DNA from: Bilabrum cf. latius | Taxonomy: Eukaryota | Reading direction: 5' to 3' | NCBI GenBank assembly: GCA_965178125.1 | Contig: OZ237755.1 | Coordinates: 558,001-622,000 of the forward strand | DNA: 64,000 nt | Part shown: piece by piece, positions 1-13,000 of the stretch | How positions within the stretch are numbered: position 1 is the first letter of the stretch | How the letters are laid out: the number at the start of each line of letters is the position of its first letter | The notes under the pieces: generated by a model | Told to the model about the DNA's origin: nothing | Databases searched by the model: none | The model's input: only the letters and a program-made list of their open reading frames with translations | Translations under genes and position numbers: made by a program

Positions 1-1
1 C

Positions 2-817
2 GAGGACGCAGATAGGAGCTTGCTGTGTAGCACATCTGCTTCATCGCAAGCTTCTACGTCGGCTCTAGCTATAGGTTCCGCGGGTACATTTGGGGATGCT
101 GGTGGGCTCGGAATCTCCCCCGCCGAGGCTCGTGAGCTGCTCGCGAGCGGCGCGCTGCTTTCGGGCGCCAGTGCAGTCGGATCAAAGCGGGGCAGGGAGT
201 CCGGGCCACTTGCAGGAGCAACGGAGGCTGAGCTTGCTGCAATCAGAGGCGTGCTCGTCAATCTTGCTGCCATGGATGCTTCAGGACTCGGAAAGTTAAA
301 GTTGCCTGTTGTCGTGCGGGGAAAGCAACTGGCTGAGGCCTGTCGCAGGTTGGGCGTGGATGAAGCGACGATTGCCCGCCTGCAGAACGCTTTTGTGCAT
401 GATAGTGAGCATGATAGCGCAGATGCAAGGCGGCCCGCCAGCAAGCGTGCAAGGAGCGATGCCGATGCCGCGGCTGCTGGGGCCAGTATTGCAGGCGGGT
501 CTCCCGACGGCCTGGCAGCCATTCAGGCCATCACTTCTACGGCGGCTGCCATGTACGGTGATCACTTCTGCGTGACACGGCGGCCGGCACAGCCAGAAGC
601 ACAGGCGTCATCCAGTTCTGGTGCTGGGGCGGGCACGGCAGCCGCGAGTCGACCGACAAGGAAGGCAGCAAAGAGCAGCCGTAGGGCGGGTTCGCAGCCC
701 AAACCGGTCACTGCAGAGGAGGCACGGGAGGCAGGCACCCGGGCGTTGGCTGCAGGAGGGGAGAGCCTCCTTGCGGCAGCTGCGGAGTTAGCTGGCACTC
801 GAAGCGTGTTCGGCTGA
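2..817 (+). CDS. 3' part of an Ala-rich protein of unknown function (5'-truncated by the window edge)
   Basis: Frame is open from position 2 to TGA 815-817. Composition matches neighbouring genes; no recognisable domain. Confidence 0.6.
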   Translation, partial: EDADRSLLCSTSASSQASTSALAIGSAGTFGDAGGLGISPAEARELLASGALLSGASAVGSKRGRESGPLAGATEAELAAIRGVLVNLAAMDASGLGKLKLPVVVRGKQLAEACRRLGVDEATIARLQNAFVHDSEHDSADARRPASKRARSDADAAAAGASIAGGSPDGLAAIQAITSTAAAMYGDHFCVTRRPAQPEAQASSSSGAGAGTAAASRPTRKAAKSSRRAGSQPKPVTAEEAREAGTRALAAGGESLLAAAAELAGTRSVFG

Positions 818-1035
818 TGGATCCGGAGTTTGGATTCCAGATCTGGATCTGGGGCGGACTGCATCGGCACTGCGATCTAAATTCTTGATCTGAGGGTGAA
901 CTTTACACCTCAAGTCAGTCATTCGCTCTGCTGGCTGTGACAGGCTGCACCAGCAAGACCATGCCAGTAGTAGCACTCTAACCATCTCAAACGCGTCTCG
1001 AACGAGGACTGGAGTGATCTCAGTTCTAAATTCCA

Positions 1036-2578
1036 TCACTCCTCATCCATGGCTGCCTGGGCCTCGTCCAGCTTGGCCTTGTACGCAGCCCACTGCTGGT
1101 GCGTCTCCTCGATGACCTCCTCCGCGAAGGCCCTGTTCTGGTACTCTTCCCTGAGGGCAAACTGGTTGATCTGGTCAGGGCTCTTGTACAGCCTCATCCA
1201 CTCCCTGAACGATTCCGAGGCACCGCTCGCTACGTCGATCACGTCATCGATGTCCTCCATCAATGGGGCCATGGGGTCCTCCTCGGCAATCCCGATGACC
1301 TTCCAGTCCGTCTCCCCGTCGTCGATCATGGCCAGAACCCCCAGAGGCTTATACCTCACGATCGCGCCCATGGGCCACTGCCGCGTGCCAATATCGATCT
1401 GCGAGTTGAACGTGAAAATTGCATGGAACGTGTTTACGTGTGTGCGTATTGGAATTAGAGTTGAACCGCGAAACAAGGAGTTAGCTAGACTTCGTGTCTC
1501 GAGTCTCTCACCACGTCAATCGGGTCACCGTCGCCCTTGTGCTTGGTGCGATGGTCCTCCACATCAGGATCCTCGTAGGTCTGCGGAAGGGCTCCATAAT
1601 TAAACATCATCTGCGACGAAGGCGAACAGACAGGGGGTTCGGCAAAGGCGGAGCGTGCTTCTGTCTGCACACGGCAAGATAGGATAGCTACCAACATTCG
1701 ACAACCCAGTCAGACCATCGGGACGCGGAACGCAGACATAGGCACGGCCGCCGATGCAAGTCTCACGTCTCCCCAGTGGTAATCCCTCAGCTTGCCCTTC
1801 TTGATGTCCTGCTTGATGGGGTTGAAGTCCGTCTTGGTGTCGATCTCCATCTTGGCGCGCGTCCACTTGGGGATCTCGCAGATCATGTTGAAGGTACCGT
1901 CCTCGTTTTTTAACGGGATATCGTGCCAAGGGGAGATCCGGTCTTCTGGCTCGCCCGGCCGCGTGCTCTTGAGGTACCCGACCGTGAACTCCTTGCTGGG
2001 GAATCGCCCGTGCTCGTGGAAAGAAACGCCCTGGACCCCTTTGCCGCCCATGCGGGCAGCGATTCCAGCAAATGTGTGGGCTGCAGCAGCCTGCTCCTTC
2101 GAATTGGCGGCACCAGGCTGCAGATTCAGCCTCATGGCCTTCGCGCAGTCGTCCGCAGACATACCGTCCGACGCATCGGACGCCAGCTCGTGGACAACAG
2201 TGGCAGCTTGGCCCGGGTCAATGTACCCTCCTACCATTTTTGCGCCAGTCTGCATGGACGAAAGGTCATCGATGAGAGTTTTCGGCTTCATCGGACTGGA
2301 AGGTGCGTTTCGGCACGAAGGCAGGATTATCATTACTGCGAAACAACACGGACAAACCCCCTCACTTTGATTTCACCAGCAGTAACAAACTCTGTGCTGT
2401 TAAAATCAAGAATGCTGGCAATGAAGCGCCCGTGATTTTCAGCTCGCGCAATGGCATCAGCCATTGAATTCGAAGCAACAGAGGTGCCTGCAAAGCTGCG
2501 GGACTGGCCGATGCCAAGCGCCATCGCGCGCCTCCCGGCAGACACAAGCTGCCTTGTACGAATGGAGATGCTATGCAT
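1036..2578 (-). CDS. Soluble inorganic pyrophosphatase (family I) with probable mitochondrial presequence, ~385 aa, 4 exons
   Basis: Exons 2578-2366, 2249-1767, 1610-1512, 1398-1036 with GTGAG..GCAG introns. Motifs [62 protein letters not shown]. Ends TGA; no internal TAG. Confidence 0.93.
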
Positions 2579-2683
2579 GGTGCGATTGAACTAGTACAAG
2601 TGCGTGCAATCGACGAAGTACGCGAACGCGTGACGGGCCAAACAAAAACCGGAACTTGCTCTTGCGTTTCACGAGAAAAATCC

Positions 2684-5600
2684 TTAAGACGCTCCACCGG
2701 CCACAACGCGAGCTTGCGAAGTGGCAAGGACGCCAGGCCTGCCGTAGAGTATGTCACGACTGTTTCCAAGTACCTGCCGCTACGCCACGAGCGCCATGTG
2801 CGTTTCGTACGCTGCCTGTCGCCTCCACTCTCGCAGCCTCGCTGCATCGCTAGGACCTCTTTCCTCGCCCGAAACTACCTCACCACCCAGAGCAGCAGCT
2901 GTGGAACCGACCCCCACCGAACCAGCACTCCTTTCCCTGAGCCGCATCTCCTCGATCGCTTCCCGAGGGTCCATCAGCCCGAGCACGTCTACCTCCTCCT
3001 CCATGGGACAAACCGGAAGTGGGGCATCTTGTTCCTCGGGCGTGAGGCCCAGCACCGGACCCCGCGCCTCGTGATGCAGGCCCCCTCCCGCACCCCAGCT
3101 GCCCCCCTCCGCATCGGTTCCGCCCTGCAGAGCCACCTGGTCCCCGGGCACGTAGCCCCTCACACCAACCCCTTGCCACCCGTGCGGGCCGCCTTGATCC
3201 GATCGCACCATCGACACGCGGACTTGCCTTGCACTAGTGCGCGCCGCAGATCCACTGCCAGGGCTCGCTTCTAGACCCGCAGCGCCTGTTTCTCCCCCTA
3301 CTAAGTCCACTCGCCTCCGTTTCGCGCCTGCCTCGCCAGCATCGCCAGCCATCCCATCGTAGTCACCTGCGGCAGACCCTGCCTCCCTTGGCGAATGAAG
3401 GTTGTTCGTCCTCGACCGCTTAGTACCAGGAGCGGTCACTGCAACTGGTTTACCCGTGCTTCTGCTTGCAGCTTGCCGCCTCAGGGGGTCCTCAAATGGA
3501 CCTCTTCCACCGTCCCCATCACCTCCATGTGAGCCTTCCTGCTGTCCGTGATCAGCCAATACAGCCGGCTCATTCGGAAGTTCTGTTCTAGCCGCAATTC
3601 TCGGGTGCTCCTCCAAGGCCCCTGCCGCTCCGAGGATCAGAAGGGCCGCGGTTGGCTCCTGCCCGATCGCATATGGAATGGGGGGCTCATCGCTCCTATC
3701 TGTGAGTGCCGCATCAACGGCATTGCCTGACTGCTGCTCCCGCTCGTGCTAGGCGCATGCTAGGATGGTAATTGCACCGTAATCCCCTTCAAGGGGCAAG
3801 TCGCCGCATTCAGGATCGTTCGCAGACAGCTCTGCGCCCTCAGAAGAATCCTCATCAGCAACAGCGCTCCCACTGCCGTCCAGCTCTGCGCCCTCAGAAG
3901 CATCCTCATCAGCAACAGCGCTCCCACTGCCGTCCAGCGGGCAAGCACCGCGACTGCGTGCCACGGAGCCGCCCATGCGACCGACGTCCTCCTCTGCATC
4001 CATAGGATCCTGGTTAGCGGCGGAGATCGAGCTACTAGACTCGGAGTCCTGCTGCTACAGCCCAGCGGGCAGAAGGCCAGCGGTCTGTGCAGTCGGTCGC
4101 CAATCGGGGTTGGCCCGCAGCCACGCATCAAATGCCTCCCAGCTGTCGAACGTGCCGACTGGATCCCACTTTCGCAACGGAGTAGCCAAAGGTAGAACTC
4201 TGCCAAGGTCCAGAGTGGCGGGGTCAGCTACCACACCCTTTGCCAGCGCACCGCTTTTGTCGGAAGACTGCTGGGTGCGAGCGGCAATTATCTCGGCTGC
4301 TAGGCTGGGCGAGCTGACCTAAGGTCCATCGGTCGTTCGATGCACTGAAGGCAGCAGCTTTGCTCTGCGGCGCCACAACGGGACCATTTGCTCCATCAGC
4401 TGCGCGTTCAGTCCAGCGACTGCGCACATGTCGACGTGTTGCAGCGCTTTGCGCGACACCAGCAAGCGCATCTGCTCGTCGATGAGGTCGTGCTCATCCT
4501 CGGCCTCCACGTACTCGAGATTCTGCGTCACTCGCACGTAACCGATGGGAAACTCGTGCCTCTCTGATACGGGCGTCTGGCCCCACATGACCATATGACC
4601 GGAGCAGCTGATCGTGGCGAGTTCGCCGCGGGTGGGATGCCACGCAAGCACGCTGATCCTGTCCGTCGTGGCGCGCAGCCGGCCAAGGAATCGGCTTGAA
4701 TGGGTCGAGTATGCCAGGGCACAGTGGGTCTCTAGCTGAACGTTGCTGGCAACGGGCTCGCCCACCGGCACGTCTGGTTCAGTGTGAGCAATCACCACGC
4801 TGCCGTCGTTGGAGAGAGTGGCCTGGGTCCATGTTGCGCACCCTTTTGGCGGATAGATCATGCACCTGGCCCGCAGTGTGCAGGCATCGACAACGACAAG
4901 TGGCCCGCGAAGCACTGAAATCACGAGGCAGTCTGGCGGGGCGGCATCTTCCTCGTGCCATAGCTTGCTCAGCACCGCGCCGAGGGGAAGGATCCGAGTC
5001 TCCTCGGGTAGCTGTCGCTAGCCTGGCCGTTCCACCGACTCCTGCCTACTGACAACATTTGCTTGACTTACTCGACCAATCGTGCCTGGCGATAAAGGCG
5101 GGGCGGCTGGTGGCTTCGAACGAACAGTGCCTAATTGGCCAAGAGTGCTATAGTGTGGAAGCACCTCCTGAATGCGCAAAGTGCTGGGCGCTTCGTGCAA
5201 GCCATTCATCCACGGCCCGTCAGTGCCTCTCACATCCACGATACCACTATCCACCGTAGGCAGCTCGTGGTGCCTTCCACTTGCATTCGCTGCGCGCATG
5301 CGCTGCAGCGCATCTTTGGCTTCCACCTGATCCTGAGACTGGCCGTCAGGGCCCTCAGAGTCGACGCTTCTCCGTGGATTCCGGCGACTCGGTCTCCTTG
5401 TACTGTCCCCGCCTGTCGAAGCTGCAGAGCTTGCGGATGACTCGCCTTGCGCCCGTGATTCTTGATCGGTTTGTTCAGCTGGTGCACTGTCCCAATCCAA
5501 CAACGTGCCTTCGATATCGCTTGAATGCAAGCTCACCACTGTTGTTGCTTGGCTGCTGGATGCAGTCGACTTTACGTTTGCACTGCCAGCACCCCGACCA

Positions 5601-7525
5601 CCAAGACCTGCCTTGCGGAGCATTTCGTTGCAGCTTGTGCGAGATGCAACCCAGGCCGGGAAAAGCCCGTCCGCGCTTTGCAGACAAGCGAGCGAAGGCG
5701 GCGCGCCTGTGCTTGCATCCGACAGAGCAGCTGGAGGCTTCGCAAGGACGAGAGGCGGGCGCTTTCCAACCAGCCTGCCGGACTGCGTTACGCCACTGAC
5801 GCGCCACCTCGGGTCAAACGCCACTGTAGCAGAAGTGGCGGGGTCGTCAGCGTGCTGCGCTGACGGCGCAACCAAAGACTGCCTGCTGCTCCGTTTCTGT
5901 ATCGCCCGCGACACCCCAGCCCAAGTGAGCTGCCACTGCCGCGGGTCGTACCGAGCCTGACTGTTTGCTCCATTCATGCTACTGCCTATCGCTGCTCTAG
6001 CCATCGCACTGCCGGCAATGCCACCACCTTCGAGCGTAGTGAGGTCAGCTCCGTCCCCGTCGATGGGAGGCACCCCGTCAGTGCCGGGCGCGCTCCACCG
6101 AACCACCCTGCCCCTCGCTGTGCACGCCACTGCCCTGCAAGATCCGCGACTGAGCGATCCTCCCACCCACGGGTCACAGCTAGGGAGATTGACAGCGACG
6201 GCACCGAAGCTCGCGACCGACTCCAGCTGGATCCCATGCAGGGCGATACCGGTCCTGATGGCCACTGCGCGCTGCAACACGCTGAGCCCATCCAACGAGA
6301 ACGGCCCATTCCCAGGCTTGCCGTCTGCTGCTGCAGTGGAACTCTTTCCCGGTGTTTCCAGAGTCTCGACAGGAGTGCTATTGGCTGGGCTGCTGCTTGC
6401 AGCCGGGACGGAACTGGCATTGGACCCAGCCCCCTTGGTGTGACTATGTAGCTGGCCTTTCTGGCTGCTGCCGTCGGCTGCGCTACGCTGTCTTCGAATA
6501 TGCACTGGAGCCATAAGAGGGAGCGTCCACGTGGCACCGGAGAAAACACTCAGGAAAAACGGGCCTACAGGCACGGCTGCAGGCACGGGAGCGGGCTCAT
6601 TCCCAGCAGCAGCAGCAGCTGCTGCTGCGCCGGAGGCGGAGCCACTTGGGGAAGAAACTCGCAGTTCTGCTTCCAAAGCAGCGACAGGAGAGCGGGGTTG
6701 GACTCCTGGCAAGCGGGGTATCACGAGGACGACAGCGAGCGTCGGAACTGCTCGCAGCTCGACCGCGTGAGAGGCGAACTCGTGCCGTGTGCATGCTCGT
6801 GCTCGGCTCTCGATGTGCTATTGCCTTCGTATGGCGTCGATCTCGAAGCCAATACCTCGCTACTTTGCTGTGCGCTGGGTCCGCCACGAGGGACTCCTTT
6901 GCGAAGACCTCTTGCTGCCCCCCTTGCTTTGCTGGGGCGCGGCCGGGCTGCTCGCCCTTCCACCACTCGCCGCCCTGACGCCACTTGTCAAGCTTCGGGC
7001 TGCAGACATCGGTCTCTATATATCACTAGTTTCTGGCATGCCGTCCCGCCATACTGCTATCGAGCGGTCATCCTCAGATCCAGAGGAGATTAGGAAGAGA
7101 CCCCTGCCAGCCCAACACAGGCTAGATACTGCGGCACCCGGGATGTGGGCCTAAAACTAGCTTCGAAGCTAGCCAGAAGTAAGATCGATCACATCTATCG
7201 TACCATCTGTGAAACCGCAAGCCAGCAGTGTCCCACACGGCGAGTACTGCGCCACTAGCGCTCGGCGCGGTGGGCCCAAGTTCACATTGGCTCGCAGGTC
7301 AGTTGCGGACGGCTAAGAGCGCTGATCATAGGACACATCTAGTATTGCTCGACCAAATCCATACGCTCGATACGGATGACGGGGCAAATTTACGGGCAAG
7401 CCCTCTGCAAAAAGGTGAGGCAGTGGATTGAACAATTGACATCAGATGCACGGCAATCAGAAGGCCCAGCGGTGCACGTTCTTCTCACATGTAGAGTCGT
7501 CATCCTGGAAGCTCGGAACAGCCAT
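2684..7525 (-). CDS. RBBP5: RBBP5/Swd1-like WD40 subunit of COMPASS with long low-complexity insertions, ~1585 aa (TAG=Gln)
   Basis: Exon 7525-7489, intron 7488-7405, exon 7404-2684. One frame broken only by TAG (7313, 7169, 7157, 7151, 7016, 6860, 6818, 5018, 4319, 4055, 3749, 2780); ends TAA. N-terminal YSPCGTLLACGFTDGTIDVID..AH..VSSLCW and C-terminal LAWHPTRGELATISCSGHMVMW..VTQNLEYVEAEDEHD resemble RBBP5 (WHP..ENVEYEERESEFD). Confidence 0.78.
3827..3938. repeat. 54-bp tandem duplication (2 copies, 1 mismatch) inside the RBBP5-like CDS
   Basis: Units start at 3827 and 3881 and encode LDGSGSAVADED(A/S)SEGAE twice on the minus strand. Confidence 0.92.
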
Positions 7526-7685
7526 GGCTTGCAAGAAAATTGTAAGTGTGCTTGCGTAGGTGCCTGAAAATGTCCTTGCGAATCGCAGAATCGATCGGAG
7601 CAGTCCGGATTGCCGAACGTTAGAGCCCTGACATTTTTTGGCAGATACTGAATCTATCCGTACGAACATCGTCAGTCAAACAAAA
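7526..7685. promoter_or_regulatory. Short divergent (bidirectional) intergenic region
   Basis: 160 bp, AT-richer, between opposing start codons. The same layout occurs at 16265-16398, 22726-22891, 46230-46435, 51366-51576 and 57877-58055. Confidence 0.55.
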
Positions 7686-9883
7686 ATGCCATTCAGTGCG
7701 AGTCCGAGAATTGAAATTGAGTGAGAAACGTGCAGCAATTGAATGGTATGCATGTGTGGTGTTTGAGAACCGCAGGATGATGTGTCCGCATCCCTTGTGC
7801 CCGCAGTGACGACTCTGCCGATGGTGATATATTCTCAGTAAAGTTTTCGCCCGATGGGAACCTGGTAGCAGCTGGCTGCACCGATGGTGTGGTGCGTATC
7901 TACGACCCAGAGACTGGACGAAGCAGCCACAAGCTTGGCTCTTCCACGCCAGACGCTGGGGGAATAACTGCGATCCGGTGGCGCCCGCACGTTAAAGGTA
8001 GTACCGCCCGAAACATTCTTGCAGTCGCGTGTAAGTTAAATCAGGATTCTGGAACTCGTTCCTAAGCTGATTGGTTGACGATGGTGGGCACTTTCTATCT
8101 GCTAATCGTCTCATTTTCTGCGATCGCAGCATCTGATGGGTGGATCCGACATTATCACGTTACTGGAGACCGTATGATCCATGAGAATCAGGAGGCTTTC
8201 CTGCCCGAAGACATCACAAAGGCAGCTGACCCTCTGAAGGCGTTCGCGCAAGCTGCTGAGCAGGAGCGATTGCGGGTGCTTGCATTGCAACGAGCCAAGA
8301 CCGCTGAATCTGCTGGCAATCCAGACGCTGGGAAGGGTGCAGAAGCATCTGCTTCCGGTGCTGGAGCGTCCGAATCCAAATCCGGCGATGCGGGGGATGC
8401 CGACGCCGGCGGCGCTGACGCCGCAGGGGAGCACCCCCACGGAGCAGTTGCTTTGGCCGGTGGATAGAGCATGCCAGTAGACGTGAGCGGAGTCGTTGCT
8501 GTGAGCGAAGTTCCCGGAAAGCTGCTGAGCGCGCCGGATGCATTGCCTGGTGGTGCAGGTTTCATGGCCCCTCACGGGATCAGGCTCAACCAGGTCCTGT
8601 GCCTGGACTACTCCGTGGATGGGGCGCTGCTTGCGTCAGGAGGAGAGGACAAGGCGATCCGGATCTACGATGAGAGCAGGCACGCAGTAGCTAGGGTCCT
8701 CCGGTCAGAGTACGCGTCCAAGGGAGGCCACGCGAACCGGGTGTTTGCCGTGGCCTTCCACCGACCTGCTGGCGGGATTGAGGCCGAGGCCGAGTGGGAA
8801 CCTTGGTCCTTGGCCTCTGCAGCGTGGGACCAGACCGTGCAGCTGTGGGACTTGCGCCAAGCGCGCCCAACTGCGTGCTGCCATGGCATCGCGGTTGGTC
8901 CGAGGGTGGAGGGAGAGGGGCTGGTGTACAGAGGCGACGAGATCATCGTAGCGTCGGCTCGGCCCAAGGAAGCCCTTCAGGTGTGGGACAGACGCATGAT
9001 GGGGATGGGCGCGAAGGATGATGCCAGGGAGGGTGGCGACGGCGTCAGGGTGGTGGAGTGGTCCCTGACGAGGCGCTCTGTCATCGCAGGGAACGATGCT
9101 ACCACGCCTCTATTCGCGGCTGCAGTTAGTGCTGGCGCTGGCGAGCGGGCAGGCGGCGCTCTCCTTGTGGCAGGAGGAGGGAACACGAACGAGTTGAGGC
9201 TGTTTGACAGAGCAAGAGGCGATCGCCACATCGCCACGGTGTCTGGCATGTGTGGCACGGTGTACTCTTGTGACTTCAGTCCTAGCGGGAAATTGCTTGC
9301 CATTGGCGGGCAGCGGGCCAAGGCAGGCTCGGGCGGGCAACCCGTGGGGGCTCCGCTGCTGCGAGTGCTGCGAATCGAGGGCGAGTCCTCGGGAGATATT
9401 AGTAGCAGCATGGGCGCTGCAGTTGAGCTTTCGAGTCCTGACTCGGCTGCAGCTGGGGCCGAGTCAGCAAGCGGTGGGAAGGGCTAGCGGGTAGGCTTCG
9501 ACGCCGCTCAGATCGACGAGGCGCTGGGAGGGTCCATGATGGGTGCGGATGACGGGGGAGACGCCGAAGCTGACGCGGTGGTAGACCGCATGAAGGCTAA
9601 GCAAGCGGCATACCACGCGCAGTCAGCTGACACGGCAGCTGCACCAGCCGCTGTGGGCGAGTCTCTCCCCCGCGTGGCTGGCAGCGGACCAGCCGCTGTG
9701 AGGGCACTGCGGGCCAGGATGGGGGCATCAGCGGGCTCTGGCGCCGACGGGACGGCTCTGGCAGACGAAGGGGCTCCAGCCTCCAGCGGTGCTGGCGCAG
9801 ACTTAGCAGGTAACAGGGACGAGCCGATGGGCCCGATCAGTGCGGGTGCAGGCGAGAGCAAGCAGGGAGATGCGGGGGATTGA
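7686..9883 (+). CDS. WD40-repeat protein, ~670 aa, 3 exons (TAG=Gln)
   Basis: Exons 7686-7720, 7807-8030, 8130-9883. WD repeats IFSVKFSPDGNLVAAGCTDGVVRIYD, LDYSVDGALLASGGEDKAIRIYD, GHANRVFAVAF..SAAWDQTVQLWD. In-frame TAG at 8465 and 9485; ends TGA. Confidence 0.85.
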
Positions 9884-10037
9884 CCCCGTACGGCTACCCG
9901 TAGGTATCCTGGATGGATTTGATCTGTGTCGTTCATTTTTTTTTTCAATGGTACATTTTTCTTTCACTATTCCCACAACTCGTACTGGGTGTGGCACATG
10001 GGCCATCCAAAGTTGTCAAACTCAGAGAATCCTCGAT

Positions 10038-13000
10038 TCACCACCCAACAGACGTGCCCTTGGGATCCAGCTCGGAAGACAGCAACTCAAACTGTAGCCC
10101 ATCTTGTGAGTACGCATTGGCACCCATCTGCCCGTCTGCCGAGGCAGCGCCGCCCCACGAGCTGGTGCTAGCGGAAGGCCACCCATCACCCCACCCTGCC
10201 TATGGTGAGTCTTGCGAGGCAGGCCCAGGCGCCCAAGCAAACTGACCGGAGCTGTCTGGCACCCGAGAGAAATCTGCAGGCATGCTTTCCGCACCCATAT
10301 ATCCAGCAAACTGGGGCATAGCAAGAATTCCATCGTCGCCTTCGGAATCGCTTGTCGCCACAGAGCCATCGCCGCTGCAAGCGGTCGTACGCGTACCACC
10401 GAATGCTGCAATGCTTGGTCTCTCCCCTGCTCCCTGCACAATCAAAGCACCCTTCGTGCCATCCAAGGGGGAGGTATTCCGGCCCCGGTAGTCGCTATGC
10501 GAGTCAAGACTCTCCATGTCTCCTGCATCCTCGTCATCTTCGGATGGCTCCATAGCGACAGCACCGTGCTTCCTTTGGAGCCGTGTAGCAGGCCGAAATG
10601 CTCGCCTGCCTTCAATCGAACCACCGTTCGCGGAGCCTTGGCTGCCAAAGGCCTACCAAAAGCGGGGTGCGTGCGCTTGCGCTCGGCCGCGCTTCCTCCC
10701 CCCACCGGCGCGCAGCGTGGCATCCTCCTCCTCCTCGCCAGAGACTTGGTCTGCCTCCTCGCAATCAAAGCCCGCTGCACTAGAGCCCTCTGTTGAGCCA
10801 TATTCGTCTGCTTCTGCCCCCCAAACTCTGCGCCTAGTGCGGCGGACCCCTGACCTCCTTCCGCCCTCCAGCGACAGCGGCCGAGGAACCCGTTCCTGCG
10901 GCGCGGCCGGCAGCAGTAGGCGGTCGTACTGCTGCATACCGGCACGCGCCCCGTCCACTCCAAACTTGGTCCCAAGGGCAGCGCGCCAGTCCGTGCCAAG
11001 CAGCACGTCTGCCATTGGCTGACGCCACACCCGCGGCAGCATCTGCTCTATGCCGCGCAGTAGCGATCGCAATCTCGCTCGAGGGTTCTGCTGATCCCAG
11101 CCGTTCCCTCCGGTCCCATCGTGGTTGAGATACCCACCGGACCTGTCCACCTCACCAGGGCGCAGTGGACCCATGCTGGGAGCCTGCTGAGGTGCCTATC
11201 CGCTTGCGTGCCTCTCCCACCCGCCCCAGGCAGCCAGGGACAGTGCCTTGAGCACAGCGACTGTGGGCAGCTTCGGAGGCCCGCGCTCTGCAGAGACGCT
11301 GGGGGTGGCAGCGGCAGCGGTGCCGGTCGGGGATCCAGGCGAGGAGGACGCCACAGCAAGGAGCCTCAAGCTGCGGAGCTGCTCCGGGGCTAGTCGCACC
11401 GTGAAGGATCGGATCAGCTCGCCGGGGCTGGAGCCGGAGCCGCCGCTCACCCACGCCTAGCCGCGCCCAACGCTGGCTGTTCCCGAGGTTGCCGAGTAGC
11501 CGGAATATCCACCCTCCCTGGATGAGAATGACGACTCAGACTCATCCCACATGCCTGGTGCCTGTGCCCTGTAGCCATCAGCATTCAGGGAACCCGCTTC
11601 AAAGCGGAGGATGCACAGGGCGCGCGCTGGCTTGCCGGGGACTCCGGCCCTGAGGCGGACCACGACAGGCCCGGGAATCCCAGTAGCGGCTGCGGACGGA
11701 CAGGCAGCGCCTCTACCTCCTGCCCTGGCGGCATCAAGCGCCGCATCGTTGCGGTCCCAATTCGCAGCATCTCCTTCGGCACAGCCGGGGACGGCTCCGA
11801 ATCCGCTTGGTTTCTAGCTGTAGCAGTAGCCCCGCTGCAAGTCCTCGATGTCTGGTCTGGGTGCCTATCCACCCGCCTCCAAGGACGGCGAGGTCGTCGC
11901 CCGACCTGATCCGAATGATGCGCTTGAGGCACCCACCGAATGCCACTCCATCGGACTCGGGCTCGCAGACCGCGTGCCTGGCCCGTGGTGTGCCTGTGAA
12001 ATGCCCATGTTTGGAGACTCGCTATCGTGGAAGCATGCATCATCCGATTGCCCGCCGACGCTGAGCCTGCCGAGTGCTTCCTCTAGTTCGCTGTCGAGCC
12101 CATCACTACGCTCGTCCTCGTCGTCGTGCATGCCGGCCTGGGCCCTCTGTCGAGGCATGCGCCTGTTCGTCTCCAGCCCCAGCGCCCCGTCAATCCATGA
12201 AGTTGATTTGCTGGAGGACCTGGCCCCTGCCCACCGTCCCGGACCCTTGCTGCTCTGATTAGACCGCCACGGTCGGTCCGGCGCGTGTCTCGCAGCCCCC
12301 TTGCCTGTGCGAGGGTTCAGAGTAACGTCTACATCGAACGCCATGGTGGCAGGGCCGCACGCCACTTCGGCTGCCGTGCCGTCTATCATCGCCCCGTCGT
12401 CCACGCTCCAAGGTGTGGGATCAGGCGCCGTAACGCGCGGAGGTGCACATTCCTCCCGAGCTGCAGAGGCGCCTGCGGTCCCGTTGGCCATGCGAGACCC
12501 CCGTTCTTCCGTTCCGTACGCCATGTCACGGCGCCGCTTGGAGGAGGACCGCAGCGGAGCCTCGCCTGAGGTGCCTGTGGACCCAGAGCATCCAGACGTG
12601 AAACCAGAGGAGCCCGACACAGCATCTGGGGCACGTGCTGTCCTCTGTCCTTTGACAGCAGGCAGCGATGCTTCTACTGCAATACCGCCGGCAGCTGCCA
12701 TCTGTGCATACGATCGCTTGCATCCTATAGGCGGTCCAGCCGAACCAGGCAAAGCCAAGCTTCGTCGGGTCGGGCGCTTCGTCGTCGTTCTCGTGCGCAG
12801 TGTGCCGAGCCGGCTCCTCCCGCGACGGCTCTTTGCTCGATGCGATGATTCGACTGTGGAATCCGCTCTCATCATTGCAACAAGCCGTGCGGCGCGGTCT
12901 GGTCCGCTTCCTACCGCATCGCTGCTAGAGGCCCCCGTCCCCGTTGCATCAGTGGCCCACTTGAAGTTACTGCTGCAAGCGGCTTGTGGTGCATCGAAAA

